From positions 8,928,001 to 8,992,000 of the forward strand of contig OZ193909.1 in the NCBI GenBank assembly GCA_964276515.1: a stretch of 64,000 nucleotides of DNA. The letters are read 5' to 3'. A program made the position numbers and the translations under genes. Below, piece after piece: positions 13,014 to 27,089 of this stretch. The DNA comes from Gordius albopunctatus (taxonomy: Eukaryota). The notes under the pieces were generated by a model. That model made no database searches, was not told the origin of the DNA, and worked only from the letters and a program-made list of their open reading frames with translations. The stretch's first letter is position 1. The number at the start of each line of letters is the position of its first letter.

Positions 13014-14562
13014 TGCCCCCCCCTAGAAGACGATAAAAAATTTTCAATGCAAAAACCCTTGAGAATTAAAAAATCTCAGGTTTTGCCCCCCCCCCCTGAT
13101 TGAACTTTTAAACGTTTCGCCCCCGCCCACTAATCCAAAACCTGCTACGCCCATGAATATGCTATCCATATCATTAATTAAAATTAAGCTATTTATATAT
13201 GTAGACATGTAATTGTATATAGAATCACCTACTTTGACAATGTTTTAGTGTATTTATAATCGTTAGCAACTTAAACATACTTGTAAATATTTAAATATAT
13301 ACTAACATTAGACGAATATTATATGCAATTGTTTATAAAATAATAGCTTATTCATTTTATGCGTTTAATTATTAATATTTTTTATACTAGCTTTTTGTAT
13401 TAATTAAATATTTAAAATTTGAATATTAGTTTTATTGTCTAGTCTGGAAACTGGATTGCGGGAGAATACGTTAAAATTTTTAATTAGGTATTCTGCACTA
13501 TACGCAGAAATTGCCAAATATTCCTAAATTTACATCAGATTTATAAGTCGAAATTGCCAAATGTTCCGATTGGTTTTTTAGCTTTTTTTCTGATCAGCTT
13601 TTTTTTGGAGAGCTTTATTTTTGAACAGAAACGGATAATTAATTTGTATAATTATGACATTTTATCTAAATAAAGTAGGGGAGACCGGAGCTAGTTAAAG
13701 CCCGAGGCCACTCGTAATTTTAATTACTTTAAATAATAATCAGAATTTCCATTATATGCGTATTTTTAATATGATCTAAGTAAAAAATGTCTGTTTGGAA
13801 AAAAAGATTAATATATTTTTCTACAAAAAGTATCTAATAATTAATTTTTATTTGGAATATAATGTATTAAGTTATTAATTGCGTAAAATAACATGGGTCG
13901 GGGCTAGTGTAAGGCTATTCTAACCCTGTCTCCTCAATTTAAAAGGCAATAAACTTCTTCATTTGCCAAATATGGCATTTTATTAATAATAATGAATTTA
14001 TTATTACCCTTTTATCAAAAAATATTATAAAAAATTTCATGAATATAGTTATTTATAAAAAGTGGTTTACTAAATGTAGCATTTTGGATCGATATATAAT
14101 TTTAGCTAAAACATCAAGTAAATATATATCCATTAGCTTCTATTACATACGGAACCTTTTAAATATATTAAGGATGGAAAATACAGGACATTGCGTCTAA
14201 TTATTTTCGACCTGTAATAAAAATAAAATTTGGATCACAAAAAACAGAATTTATTATAATAATGTAAAAATATTGATTTATGATTATTGATTTTCAATTA
14301 TATTTATAAACTTAGCATTTACCATTATAACTGAAAAACATCGAGTGAAGTCTTATTAAACGTAAGACAAAAAATTGTTACTACCACAATCGATCACTCT
14401 GTTGATTATCAGATGGTAGGTTTGTTGAAAGCCATCGCTTTTAAAATAATAGCTTATCTTTAAAACATTTATAGATAATCTAAAAAGTTTTAAATTTTTA
14501 ATCATTAAAGGGAAAGAGCGACAAAATTCAGGCAACATTGGACTATTAATTGATCATATATC

Positions 14563-14731
14563 CATGGTAGTAGCCAAGGGTAGAGGGCAGGAAGGGGCGG
14601 CTGCCCCTCTCTAAATCCAAAAATTTGTTAAAATTTATTAAAATTATGGCTAAAATTTCAAAAAAAGTTAGATTTTCGCCTCCCGAAAACATTTTTGCCC
14701 CCTTCCAATTCCACTACTGGCTACGCCCATG
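14563..14731. mobile_element. MITE of the catgggcgtagcc...ggctacgcccatg family (hAT-like)
   Basis: Imperfect TIRs; related copies or fragments at ~13015-13155, ~16560-16655, ~17690-17879, 17923-18086, 26412-26560, ~54420-54700. Confidence 0.7.
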
Positions 14732-15529
14732 ATCATATTTATAATACTCTTAGCGTAAAACTTTTGGTTCAAAAGCGACATAATTAAGATTTTACAAATA
14801 TTTAATATAGCAATCGATAGTTGAATGTTTTTCCTAAATAGTTATAATGTAGAGTGACGTGTTTAACTTTTTTAAAGTTTAAAATTTTTTTTTTAAGTCT
14901 TATAGAAAAATATACTTTGACACGATTATATTCATAATACTGTGATAAAATATGAAGGCAGGTTATAAAGGTTAACGTTGTATTGTTTATCTAATAACTA
15001 TTATTTATAAGCATTAAAAATAATAAAATATTAAATAAATTTAATGGAACAAAAGTTTGTTTTATAAAATTATAAATTTTACAGGGGAAAAGGGGTTTTA
15101 GGGCGAGAAGTTGCTTTGACATAACAACCAGCGATTCAGGCTTAATAAGGTTTTTTATATAGTGATTGCTTTGGTGTATGAATTGTCATTATAACCTTTA
15201 TATTTATTTAATCGTGTTTCTTAGATAAAAAACAGAGAATTAAATTTATAATCATTCAAAAATACATAAAAGTTAGGGCTATTAAAAAATAATTATTTCG
15301 GGTCGGGCATTTTGTGTAGCATGCCGGGCGGACTCTTAAAAGGGTTAAAGCGGGCCGGTACAGGCAATTTAATTATAAAATCGGACCGGGCCGTGTTTGG
15401 GCAGAAAATTTTAAAAAATCTTACCTTTAAAAAGATATAAATTGCCCGTATAAAATAACGTTATAAAAAATAATCATTCTAAAATAATGTCGATTTTTCT
15501 TTTGCCAGCGATTCTTCCTAGAATTTCAC

Positions 15530-16170
15530 CTGAGGTGGGAGTATTTTTAATGAATTATTAATAATGCTAATCCAAATCCGTGTTTTAACATTCGATTTCT
15601 TAAATAAGCTTCTATTCCTGAGTGCTCATTTGTGCATGTGATTATGAAGGAGGAGACAAAAAAGTGTTGCTATATTAGGCATTTGCTATAATTTTTAAGC
15701 TGTTGTAATGTCGGGCGCCATCGGCGTAGCCAGGTTTCGGATTAGGGGGGGGGGCAGCGAAACGTTTAAAAGTTTAATTAGGGTGGGGGGGGCGAAACAC
15801 AATTTTTTCTTTAATTTTTCAGGGTTTTTGCATTGAAATTTTTTTTGTCATTTAGGAGGGGGGCAGCCGCTTCCCCTGCCCCCCCCCCTTGGCTACGCCC
15901 TTTTCGGGCGCATTGTTGGCAAGACAGATCTTTTGAGTTTGAGTAAAGTCATATATCATTCAAATCTGATTTTAAATTGTTGTTTGTGCCATTTAAGTCA
16001 TTGGAGAAAAATTCGGCCAACAAAATTTTCCTTTAGTTTCTGGCACAATAAACGACGGATCTTATGGAAACAAGATTTTGAAGTTAGGTTTTATGTCGTA
16101 AATTGTTCATTTAGTTTTATAATGAAGGTATCAAGTAGGAAACCTAAATGGGCTGAATGAAATCTATAAA
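15530..16170 (-). pseudogene. Highly decayed hAT transposase C-terminus, interrupted by a MITE
   Basis: Minus strand reads ...IITCTNEHS...YLRNRM...GLALLIIH, resembling the hAT dimerisation domain; many stops. Confidence 0.45.
15719..15903. mobile_element. MITE (catgggcgtagcc family)
   Basis: 8-bp TSD tcgggcgc (15711-15718, 15904-15911); ggcgtagcc/ggctacgcc TIR core. Confidence 0.9.
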
Positions 16171-17922
16171 AAAATTTCCTCTTGTCACTAATAAAAAATT
16201 TGATGATATTCATCATCAACATTGTTTCTTATAAATTTTTACTGAGTTGCAATTTTATCTGCTAGTGGAATGACCTGAACAATGTTAAGGTTTTTTTCGA
16301 CAAATTTACATAGTAACAATGTGCAAAATTGATCAAAATTTTAAAGGGAAATCGAGTATACGGATTTCCGCAAAAAATATCTATATTTTTGCAACTTGTA
16401 GGTGTGGTAGGGCCAGATAGAGGGGAAAATGCTTAATCAACCTTTTTCTTGGTGAGCGAACTAATAGATTCCGAAAGAAAAGCGTGCGTTCAAAGTTTTT
16501 TTCGAAAATTTAATTTAAAATAAAAAAATGACAAAAAAAAATTTTTTTTAATACAAAAAGCCTTAAAAATTAAAAAAAATTATGTTTTGCCGTTCCCCCT
16601 AATTGAGCTTTTAAACGTTCCACCCCCCCCAAATCCAAAACATGGCTAAGCCCATGAAAAAGTATATACATACTTACAAAATATTTCTAAGTGTTTTACA
16701 CCTTTATGTAACTGTGAATACTTTTAATTTTAAATCATTAATTACTTTATATTGGTGAAAAAATAAATTTAACTTTTACTAGGGGGGGGGGATATGTCAC
16801 TGTTTCAAATATATTTACCAAATTATAACAGATTTAAAACGCATTTTTGATCATATAGATTTTTTATCAAGGAAAAATATATTATTAAATTCCCTTTCCT
16901 TTTTACCGTCCCCAGTTTAAATTCTGCCCATGATTAATTTTATGAGTATCTTACAGCTTTATGACTACTTTTGACCTGGTCTACCCTGTATGCAATGGTC
17001 CGTCGAAAATTCATTTAAAGATTATTTATGGTTTATTTATGTAATAAATTTCTATTTCAGATAACAAGGAGGTTTTAGTCAGCAAAGGTCAGATTTGTTT
17101 ACACTTTATTGTCCAAACCTGGTTCGGTCTTATTTTTTGACTAAGTTGCTCGCACGGGTCCGTCTGAACCCTTAAAAGTGTCCTTGATCAGGCCTGAATC
17201 ATTAAATCTGCCCGACCCCAAATGGTGATCCCTTATAGTCCAAACAGTTATCTCCAACCTTGGCCCTCTTTACTTTCTTCGGCCCACACCTCATTAATTA
17301 GTACCAACACAAACTTTAAAGTTGATAATGAGATTTAGTTCTTCCCTATTGTACCGACATATATGGCTGAAGTTTATTAATATTATTTAGAGGCTGATTC
17401 TGTATAGGGTTCTAAATACTAAAAAAATCTAAAATGAATGGGTTGATCCAGTGAGGTATTAAATAAAAAATGACGACTATATTTAAAAGTCGGCTAACGG
17501 TTTTACTAATTTTTGGCTTTAATGAGGGTAGTATTAGAGGGATGATCAATAATTATTGGAACGCACCCAAAATATGACAACTTATTATTTTCTTAATAAT
17601 AAATAACATATTAATTTTTAAAACCATACAAACTTAAATCAATTTAAAGATAAATTTTTTAAAGTAAAGACAGAGCAAAAACCTCTATGTGCTGTGCATA
17701 GCCAAGGGGGGGGGGGTGGTGGCAAGGAGGGGTGGCTGCCTCCCCTCTAAATCCAAAAATTGTCGAATTTAGTAAAATTCAAAATGATCATTTTATGAAA
17801 TTTTAGTCATAATTTTTAATAAATTTTTGGATTTAAAGGGGGCAGCCGCCCTTCCTGCCTCTCCCTGGCTACGCCCATAACAACATCAAAATAATGATTG
17901 TTCGTGCTATCACATTACAAAC

Positions 17923-18086
17923 CGTGAGAGGGAGGCAATAATGGTTAAGGGAGAGGCAATAATGATTTAGGGAGGGGCAAAATAATTATTTTCTTAAAAT
18001 TTAGCCATAATTTTAATAAATTTTAACAAATATTTGGATTTAGAGGGGGGCAGCCGCCCCTCCTTGCTCCCCTGGCTACGCCCATG
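17923..18086. mobile_element. MITE (catgggcgtagcc family, left TIR decayed)
   Basis: 8-bp TSD ttacaaac (17915-17922, 18087-18094); right end ggctacgcccatg. Confidence 0.75.
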
Positions 18087-19761
18087 TTACAAACCCAAAT
18101 TATAATAAACTTAGTAGTAAATTATATTGGCAAAATAAATAGCAAAAAAATTTCTTGCTAGGAATGTAAATAAAAGCAAATTATATAAAAAAGTTTAATA
18201 AAATCTTTTTTATAATTTAAAACATACACTTTTATTTTGATACATTTGCTAGTGTAACTTTTTACAATATTTAAAAAAAAGGAAAAAATAGTACAAGGGT
18301 CCATTTTGCTTACACAGATTAAATTAATCTCAGTGATTCACAATTTTACCCAGTTTTTTCTACTGATACTCCATGCGAATATTGAAACATAGACTCAAAA
18401 AGACCTAACCAGTATTGGAAAATTCATTCTGCCCTATGCTTTCAAATTAGTTTTTTCTCGTTACTTTTAAATAAATCGATAAAATATTAACCCTCAAAAA
18501 CACAGATGGAATCCATATATCCACTTAAATTTAACATATTACATAAACTTATAATACAATGCCATATATTTCGATTTAAAAAAATCATTACGTTAATTTT
18601 CTTTTAATATGTATGGTATGAATTTTTATCATAGGGATCATTGAGACCTTCTCTATCCAGATCAGCGTTATGGCAATGTTATCACGAAACTATTTTACTT
18701 TCAGACGGATTAAAATAAGGCTATATTATTTATTAATTTTGTCAATATTTTAATTTTAATAAACTAGCTATATTTGAAAAACCATTTCACTTAGTATACA
18801 AAAATATTTCTCCGATAGAAACTCACATATATTTTCCCCATTTTTATAGGAAATAAAAATTGTCTATTTCCTCATTTATTATGCAAGATGATCTAACTCC
18901 CCAAATTATTCTTTTAATAATGGGGTCAATGTAAATATTGTCATTACCTAGAACAAATCGCTTGTTTTTCATTGACCACAATATGGCGATTCAAAAGTGC
19001 CATTCCACTTGCGCCACAAATGCCTTTAAAAAAGTTAATTATACCATTTTTAGTGCTTTATAAGTTTACAATTTTTGAATCCTTGGGCAAACAACAAAGA
19101 TTGGCAAATTTATTTTTTGTGGGGAGACTAACTTGCTAAATTAACTACCCTAAGTCACTGATTACCAAACTTTTTAATTCATTTCCCCCTCCCCTTCCCC
19201 TTAAAAAAATGTCCTGCCGCCCCCTACACAAATATTCATAAAAATGCGATTTTTAAGGCAACAAGTAAATTTATTTTTTAGGATAATGCCTAGACCTATA
19301 ATAAACCATACAAGTATTGTAACAAAGGATGAGCCTGATGATAATTAGAGGCATATTTTGATTGTCAACCTCGATATTAGTAGGTTTTAGATTTAAAGGT
19401 CCTTAAAATGCAATGTCTAATTTAACAGCGCTAGCTTTTTCCATTAATGACGAAGTAAAGGCTAAAAAGGAGGTTATACAAGAGATCATACATGGATAAA
19501 GAGAGTGAATAGCTAATTTTTATTTCCACATTTTTTTTTAATTCAATCAATATAGGCAATTTCTTAATTGTTTCCAATCTATTTTATGGTAAAATTGTAC
19601 TAAAACCACATTCAAGTTATACAAGGCATCCAGATAAGCCCAATATATAAAAATACTTTGTTGTGGTAACTCTTTCCATAAAATGCAAGATTGGGAATTT
19701 ACTATAAATAGGTATTAATTTTATGATTCTAAACATTCATAATTTAAATATAAAAAGCTAG

Positions 19762-19966
19762 TAGTGTTGTAAAAACGTCTGGGTTTTGCTTGGTAGACCT
19801 TTGGTTTTAGTCGACGAAACATTAACAAACCAAGGATTTTTTAATCTGGTTTTATTAGTCGCATAAATAGACCAAAGGTTTGGCCAAAAACCCTCGGTCA
19901 ATTTATGTTTAGTCGACTAAAACCAAAGGTCGAACAAAACAAAAACCAGTTGTTTTTACAACACTA
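19762..19966. mobile_element. MITE with tagtgttgtaaaaac TIRs
   Basis: Perfect TIR tagtgttgtaaaaac / gtttttacaacacta, further subterminal inverted matches (gacctttggttttagtcgac / gtcgactaaaaccaaaggtc); ctag on both flanks. Confidence 0.85.
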
Positions 19967-20248
19967 CTAGCAAATTTTGCCATCAGTAGATTTGATTGAT
20001 CTTCGTGAAAATGTATGTGAATTTATTACATGACGTTATTAGAATTGAGTTTAATAGTAAACCCTAATATGAGTATAACAAAAAATACCCTCTTAAAAAG
20101 AAAAGCAGATTCAACTTAATTTACTTCTTGAAGAAGTAGACATTCAGTTTAGCCATTTAACGTATCTTAAAACATAAAAAATTAGCACTTTTCTCCCCAT
20201 TTCAGCCCCCTTGCCTTTAGCCATTTTGATGAAAATCACTGCCTTAAG

Positions 20249-21390
20249 CATAGACTTGATAGACTGCTCATGTTATATTGTGTATGGTAAATTGTGTGTC
20301 AAATTTTCCTCCATTTTGAAGACAACAACTTGTGTTTTTCAACAAAGTCATTTTGCGCTATAACAGTCAATTTACCCTCGTTACTAGTTTATAAATTTAA
20401 ACGAACATCAATTAATTGTTATAAAATATAGATGACTCTAAATTATTAAACAAACTTTCACCCAGTTTTTTAATTTTTAGGTATTGCGTAAATAATATTT
20501 ATTTTAGAATGATGTTTTTGATATCTACCCGATTCAATGTTTTTTTATTTACCTTTTTAGATTATTTAATCTACAAAAATTACTAATATCTATTAGAGAT
20601 GCACCGATACCAAGTATCGGCATGGTATCGGCGCCGATACCTTGTCAAAAGAATCGGCCGATACTTTGCTAGTATCGGCAATTACCAAGCCGATACCTTT
20701 TTCAATATGAAACTCAAAAAATAATATTTATAGTATCTCCTACCATTAAAAAATAGAGGACTTTTTAAATTTTTTGCAAATTGTTTCATTTGATTGGCTA
20801 TAAATATTTCTATGTGGAGTATAATAAACTCATTGACCATCTGTTCTGAATAACTGCGCTTTTAAGTAAATATTGTTTTATTTTAAAAATTGAGAACTAA
20901 ATTTTCAATATTAGTTTAATATAAGCTAATTACACGTATATTTACTTTTTTATAAAATAAATTTATGTATTAATAAAATATAAAGTGTACCATAATAAAA
21001 TTTGAATTTCTTTTTTGATCTATTAATCACAATACTTTTGAATTAATTAATAACAAAATTTATTATTATAAATTAATATTATATTATAAATTATAATTAC
21101 AATTGTTTTATCGTCAAAATTCTGATCTACCAAAATTTGGATGTGACTTAATTTATAATATTTAATTTGCATATATTTTTTAGTATAAAATTTTTTTTAT
21201 TATAAGTATCGGCATGGTATCGGTATCGGCAAAAAAATCTTAAGTATCGGCTGGTATCGGTATCGGCATAAAATAGTGGTATCGGTGCATCTCTAATATC
21301 TATATAATCACTACTTTACCATGTCATCATTAAAATGGTGGAAAAAGGATACACATTTTGTGCGTTCATGAGCAGTCTATCTAGCCTATG
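20249..21390. mobile_element. P-element-like MITE (CATAG termini)
   Basis: 8-bp TSD gccttaag (20241-20248, 21391-21398); TIR catagacttgatagactgctcatg / catgagcagtctatctagcctatg. Confidence 0.75.
20594..21295. mobile_element. hAT MITE nested in the P-like MITE
   Basis: TIR tagagatgcaccgatacc / ggtatcggtgcatctcta; 8-bp TSD atatctat; subterminal gtatcgg repeats. Confidence 0.92.
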
Positions 21391-21649
21391 GCCTTAAGTT
21401 AAAACTTTTATGGGGAATAAGACGTTCTAGTCATTTGTAATTCTTATCGTTACAATAGGTTCATGAGTTTATAGTCGAAAGAAAATCTAAAATTTGGCGT
21501 TATCAACCCAAGGACCCATTTATTTTTAATTAGCCTATGCTATCAATTTAACATATTTTAAAATGCATATAAAATGATAAATCTAATTATTTATTTATTG
21601 AACTTAGAGATGAAATCAGGATTTAAATAAAATATTTTGACATTCATCA

Positions 21650-22571
21650 CAGGCGCGTAGCCAAGGGCGGGGGGAGCGTAAAATTCCCCCCTCCTGGCCC
21701 AAATTTAGAAAAAATTTAATTAATAAATAAATTAAATGGGTTAAATTATTATTATAGTTTAGTTGCATGAAAGAAGTAAGACACTTATTAACACCTGGAA
21801 GAATTCATAAACTTAGATAGACTACTCATCAACGCACAAAATGTGGACAACCCCCCCCCCCCCCAATTTTTTTGATTTGAATAAAATATTAAATTAATTT
21901 AAAATATTTATAGTTGAAGACAAAGACACTTATAAATTTTATAAGCTTATATATATACCTTTAATTTTTAAATTGAATTTTCGACAAAAAGCTTTAATCA
22001 CTGATTTTTGTCATTCCAACCACTCATGCATTAAGGATCATGGTTTTTCAATACAAGAGATTAAAATCTTTCTCAAAAAATAAGATGTCAAGACATCGAT
22101 GGAATATATTGACAATATTAAAAAATTATCGGTAATGCTCCAACTTCAGGTGAAATCTCAAAATGATAATCGCTGGGCAAATGATTAATCAAATTACCAT
22201 AAAGTCACAAGAGCGTCCGAACTGCCGGCCCAAAAGGAAAGTTTAAATTCAAGCATGGATTTTGTCATATTTTTGAAATTTTTTAATTTAATTCTCAAAT
22301 TTTTTAAATAAAAAAAAGTAAAAAAATAATAAAAAAATATTAAACTATTTAAAAAACTCCATTAGGCCCGCATTGCCTCAATTTTGTTAAGGTGTCCGCC
22401 CGGGCCTACTAGAAATTCTAAATCTACGACGGCTACCAGCCCGGCCACTAGGCCGAGAGGGCGCGACTTTTTGGTTTTTTAAACTTAATATTTAATTACA
22501 AATAAAATAGTTAAAATGTTTTTTAGCAGCTTTAACCCCATTTTCTTGAGAAACTCCTGGCTTCGCGACTG
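21650..22571. mobile_element. hAT-like non-autonomous element
   Basis: 8-bp TSD attcatca (21642-21649, 22572-22579); TIR caggcgcgtagcca / tggcttcgcgactg. Confidence 0.8.
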
Positions 22572-22836
22572 ATTCATCATTTAATCAAAACCTCTAATTT
22601 TAAATTTTTACACTCTGATCTAACATATTGTTATGACAAAAACAGTTCATAATAATAATAGTTTAATTTAATCTCAAGGTCATAAATTATTTTTAAGTTT
22701 AACTAAGTTTTAAGCGCTAATTTAATTGTCACATTCATTAATTTATACAAGGTAACAAAATAAAAAGGAATTTGTACATAATACAAGTTTTTTAATAAAA
22801 AAGGACGGAAATATTTAGTTTGAAGTTACCCATCGC

Positions 22837-23442
22837 TAGAGCCCTGCAAAATGAAATTTCTTCTGCCCGAGCCCGAAAGGTTTTTTATTTTTGGCCCGAC
22901 CCGAGCCCGACCCGATTTTTTAAATAAAATTTTTGAGAACTAAATTTTTGAAAATTATTTCACCATCTTAATATAAAATGCGTTAGATTGTTATTACACG
23001 TATTTACAACTAGGATAAGTTTGAAATAAAAAAATTTTTACTCGTTATAATTTATTCGGTTAATCATTTAAAGCTAAGAATTTAACTTTATAATATATAT
23101 TTTTAACAGTTCAAACAAAAAAAACATTTTGAAATAATTACTTATCTTGTTTCTAAAGTTGTAACAGCTACTATAAATCTATTTAAATACTAGAATAAGA
23201 TTTGCAATTCAGGTCAGTTATATAATAATAGACAAGGGAAAAAGCTAAAGTTTGGAAGCTATATAATGTACGCTGTGCGAAAAATAATTATTTAATATAG
23301 AATTTTATTTAAATCCTATTTTATAAAAGATTAATTTGTTTTAGTTCAATTCGGGCCGGGCTCGGGTCGAGCCGCCACATCAGGCCCACCCGAGCCCGAA
23401 TATATTATAAACCGGGCTTCGGGCGGTCCGTTCAGGGCTCTA
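22837..23442. mobile_element. hAT MITE (tagagccctg family)
   Basis: 8-bp TSD cccatcgc; TIR tagagccctg / cagggctcta; subterminal gcccga repeats; sister copy at 58933-59479. Confidence 0.92.
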
Positions 23443-26411
23443 CCCATCGCTGGCTATACATTTTACCCAGCTAGCGACAATTTGTGGATGTAATGCCAAA
23501 AAAATAGTTGCTCTTTTGAGAGAAAACAGTCACAGAGCATTTTCTTAAGAATTGAAACACCTCTCGACAAGTGAGTGCCGAACTATGTCTGGTCGGTAGG
23601 TCGCAAGTGTACATATCTACTGGTGCACGGGTGCATTATAATGAAACGCTTCGTGACCTGTATACATATTCTAGCAATTTTTAACCACGAAACTTGTTTA
23701 AACGCTTTCGCTAGGTTTTAACAATTCATAATTTTCAAAATAAACCATACACTTTTGATCCCACTAAATAAAGAGCATTGTCTTCTGTCCATAACAATTT
23801 GCGCTTGCAGTCAATATCTAAGGCTTGCTTGGAGTTACCCAATATCCTTTGCTGGGAGATCAAATCACATTTCATCGCCAGTCACATATCTTTTGTTATT
23901 GGCTAGCAGCATTTCCCATATGTTTATATCACTTCAAGCGTAACCCATTTCCCAATATTCCGTTCTATGGTTTTTAAATGTATGAAAACAGCTACTGGTG
24001 TCACCTTTAATTAATCTGAGTCGTTGTTGCGTTTAAGCTTATTTCTAATTCTGACAAGCTTGCAAATAGCTGCCCGCCACAACTACTTCCTTTCTCCCGT
24101 GATTTCGAAGTTTTAAACTGGTCAAAGCATATACCAAGTGCATATTTACCGTAAGACCCTGTAAGCCTACGATGCGATTTTTCAAGATGCTGTCCACAAA
24201 TTCAGACTTTCAAGCACAAAATTGGACATGTTCAACGCTATCCTACAGATGTTGTACAAAATCTGTATCGCTGTAAGTAAAAAATCCTATTAATACTGCA
24301 ACGACTATGGGTACATCCTAAAGTCAACAATGGTCCAATTCCTGTTTCATATTTACAAACCTGGTCTGACATAATAATAATAATCATTTAAGGAATTTGT
24401 TTAGCCATGAAAAATATATTAAGCCTTTGAAAAAGTTATTTATCTAAATTAATTAAGAATATTCTGTTGATTTTTGTCCAGGCACAAAAAGTGACATTTA
24501 GATCCAAGTCTGTTATCTGACAAAAATTAAAAACCAATAGGGGCAGTTGTGATCCTAAATATCGCTCTTATATTTGAATCAATAATTTTATGGTTTAGGA
24601 ACGGGAATCAAAAATTATAAAATATTTTGATTAGATCCAGAGGAAAAATCTGGCTTTTATAACTGGGGTGTTTTTTAATCGCATTTTAACTATTTGTAAA
24701 AACATATTTCATAAATTTTTAAAATGTTCATTAAAAAGGAGGGACCAAGGGAAGATTATAACAGGCAATTGATTTTATGTTTTTCAAAATATTCGCGCGA
24801 AATACTTGTAAATAGGTCATCGTGGTTGTTAATACTGCGAATCTTGTTCATTAATTTTCACATTTCTCATTATATAATCATGAAATTTTTTTAAAGTAGT
24901 TAAATAAGGTTTTTACTGAAAATCTTTCTTAAAAATTTTGCATGAGTATAGAATAAAATTTATTTTTAAAACTATATCTTAATTTACTGGCACATGCAGG
25001 ATTTCATTTTTACTTTCGGTAAAAATTTAACAAAGCTTTTATGATAAAATATGATCATTATTTTAAAAAGTTATTAATAAAGATTACTTGCAAAATCATA
25101 CCTTTGTAAAGGTGTGATTAATTCTTTTGACCTTCAGAGGTATGGTTTTAGAAAGGTTTCCATTATTGATTTTTATAAGAGGCAGCAATAAATCTCTCTA
25201 ACTTAATTCTTTAAATCTTTAATAGTGTCCAGCGTTTTAATTTATATTTTAAAATAGTAACCAATTTTCCAAGCGTAAATAGGGAGGTATAGTGTTCTTA
25301 CATCAAATCTTAACTTATTATTTTGTATGAAATTTTTTTAGTAGTTTTAGGTCTTAACCCAATAAAAAAGCTATAACTATTTACAAACAATTGTTACAAG
25401 AATACAGGTATTTTGTAAGACTGTGTGCATAAAATTATCATATTGTAATAAACAAATTAACAAATAATTTTAATATAAGTGAAAATATATTAATTTAAGT
25501 AATATTTAAAAACGTTTGGCACTTAAAAACATTATTAATAAATGATTAGGATAAATATTTTGTAGAATTGTTTTACCTGGGTTTGTGCAGAATAATTTTC
25601 CAAAGGATAGATTGCTTGGAAAATATACGTTAATTTATCGAATATTTCACATTTTGGTAGTAATTCTAATTCGCACTTTCTACATATGGTCTAATTGATT
25701 ATTCTGTCATTGCCTATAAGTTATATACGTATATTGCGTGTCACAAACACAACGTCATAGTATATCGGTGTGATGTAAATAACTTATGTGCTCATCTAAT
25801 TTTATCAATAAATTTCATTTTATTTATCTAACGTTATTTGCTTGGAAATAAATGAAGATAAAATAATTGTTTTTTTACTGCTCCTTAAATTTTAATAATT
25901 AAATTTTATGCAAAAGATATTGATTATATGAAGATGAGTTACCGTTTTGCGTTAAACATTAATTAATTACTTTTGCGACAATCCATTCGCCTACATGTTT
26001 TACCTATTTTACTTTTAACGCTTGCTTTAAAATGCATATATTATAAAAAAAGAAATTACAAAAAATATATATTATATTTATTAAATTTGTGCCTCTGGTG
26101 GGAGCAATAGAAATAATTAATATTCCTACAACACAAAAAATCTATTCTTAATTAAGATAAAAAATACACGTTTGCAATATGGCATTTTTTTCACTGAAAA
26201 AATCAATAAATTGTAAAAGAGGCAACGATTAAGGTCAAGCATTAATTAATTGGGTTAAGCCCATGGATATACATATCAATATCAAAATGTTATTAAAATT
26301 ATGACTCAATATTTCAATTTATAAATATGCTAAAAAACCATAGTTTTATTTTTCCAATGGCCTAACAATTATAAAAATCTTGAGGTTAAAGGATTTTAAC
26401 ATTAGTTTTTC

Positions 26412-26560
26412 CATGGGCGCAGCCATGTTTTGTATTAGGAGGGGGGGGAGCGAAACGCTTAAAATTTCAATTAGAGGGGGGCAAAACATAAATTTTTTAA
26501 TTTTTAAAAGTTTTTGCATTGAGTATTTTTTTGTCACCCCCCCCCCTGCCTACGCCCAAG
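26412..26560. mobile_element. MITE (catgggcgtagcc family)
   Basis: TSD agtttttc / agtgtttc (7/8); termini catgggcgcag / ctacgcccaag. Confidence 0.75.
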
Positions 26561-27089
26561 AGTGTTTCTTTCTGAGGAGGACGGGGAACTCATTTAAATT
26601 ACCGGGTTTAAATAAATACTTCTTAAAATTTGGTTAGCTATCATTTATAGTCCCACAAATAATGTTAAAAGTCCAATGGATTAAAAAATTATAAAGTTTA
26701 AATGCTGTTATACTTTTTTTTTGAATGGACGGCTAATAATTCCCCTTACTGGCAATATTTTTAAAATATTGAAAATATATACCCTTCCACAAGGGTGTAC
26801 GGTCTGGATAGGCCACAAGGGTCTACGGCCTGGATAGGCGTCACCCTCTATGCCTATGATGGTCATAAAAGAAATCAAAGAAACAGCTAAAGCGTGCTCC
26901 TGAAGCGACGCACACGGTAGTAGCTCCATCTCATCAGTAAATTTGAAACCTGACACCCACCTTGCTGTCGTCTTCCAACTATGAAAGAACTTCTTCGGCA
27001 TCCAAGATAATTTCCCTGAAGTAAACACTCAAAAGTATTGAAATAACTCCCTATCAGAAGGCTATAATATATTGTCTATGGGACTTCGA

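Larger units (their letters stand above)
11153..13457. repeat. Long inverted repeat (~300-bp arms) with internal ~120-bp tandem subrepeats
   Basis: 11153-11822 (minus the RTE insert) is the reverse complement of 13155-13457 (aatccagtttccagactagacaataaaac... / ...gttttattgtctagtctggaaactggatt). Subrepeats at ~11700-12090. Confidence 0.85.

Noticed and set aside
23455..24360. More GC-balanced stretch that may be a decayed coding sequence
   Set aside because: No frame gave a recognisable motif.
25102..25197. Open minus-strand segment with a good donor (AAG|gtatga), possible upstream Stac exon
   Set aside because: No homology or start codon recognised.
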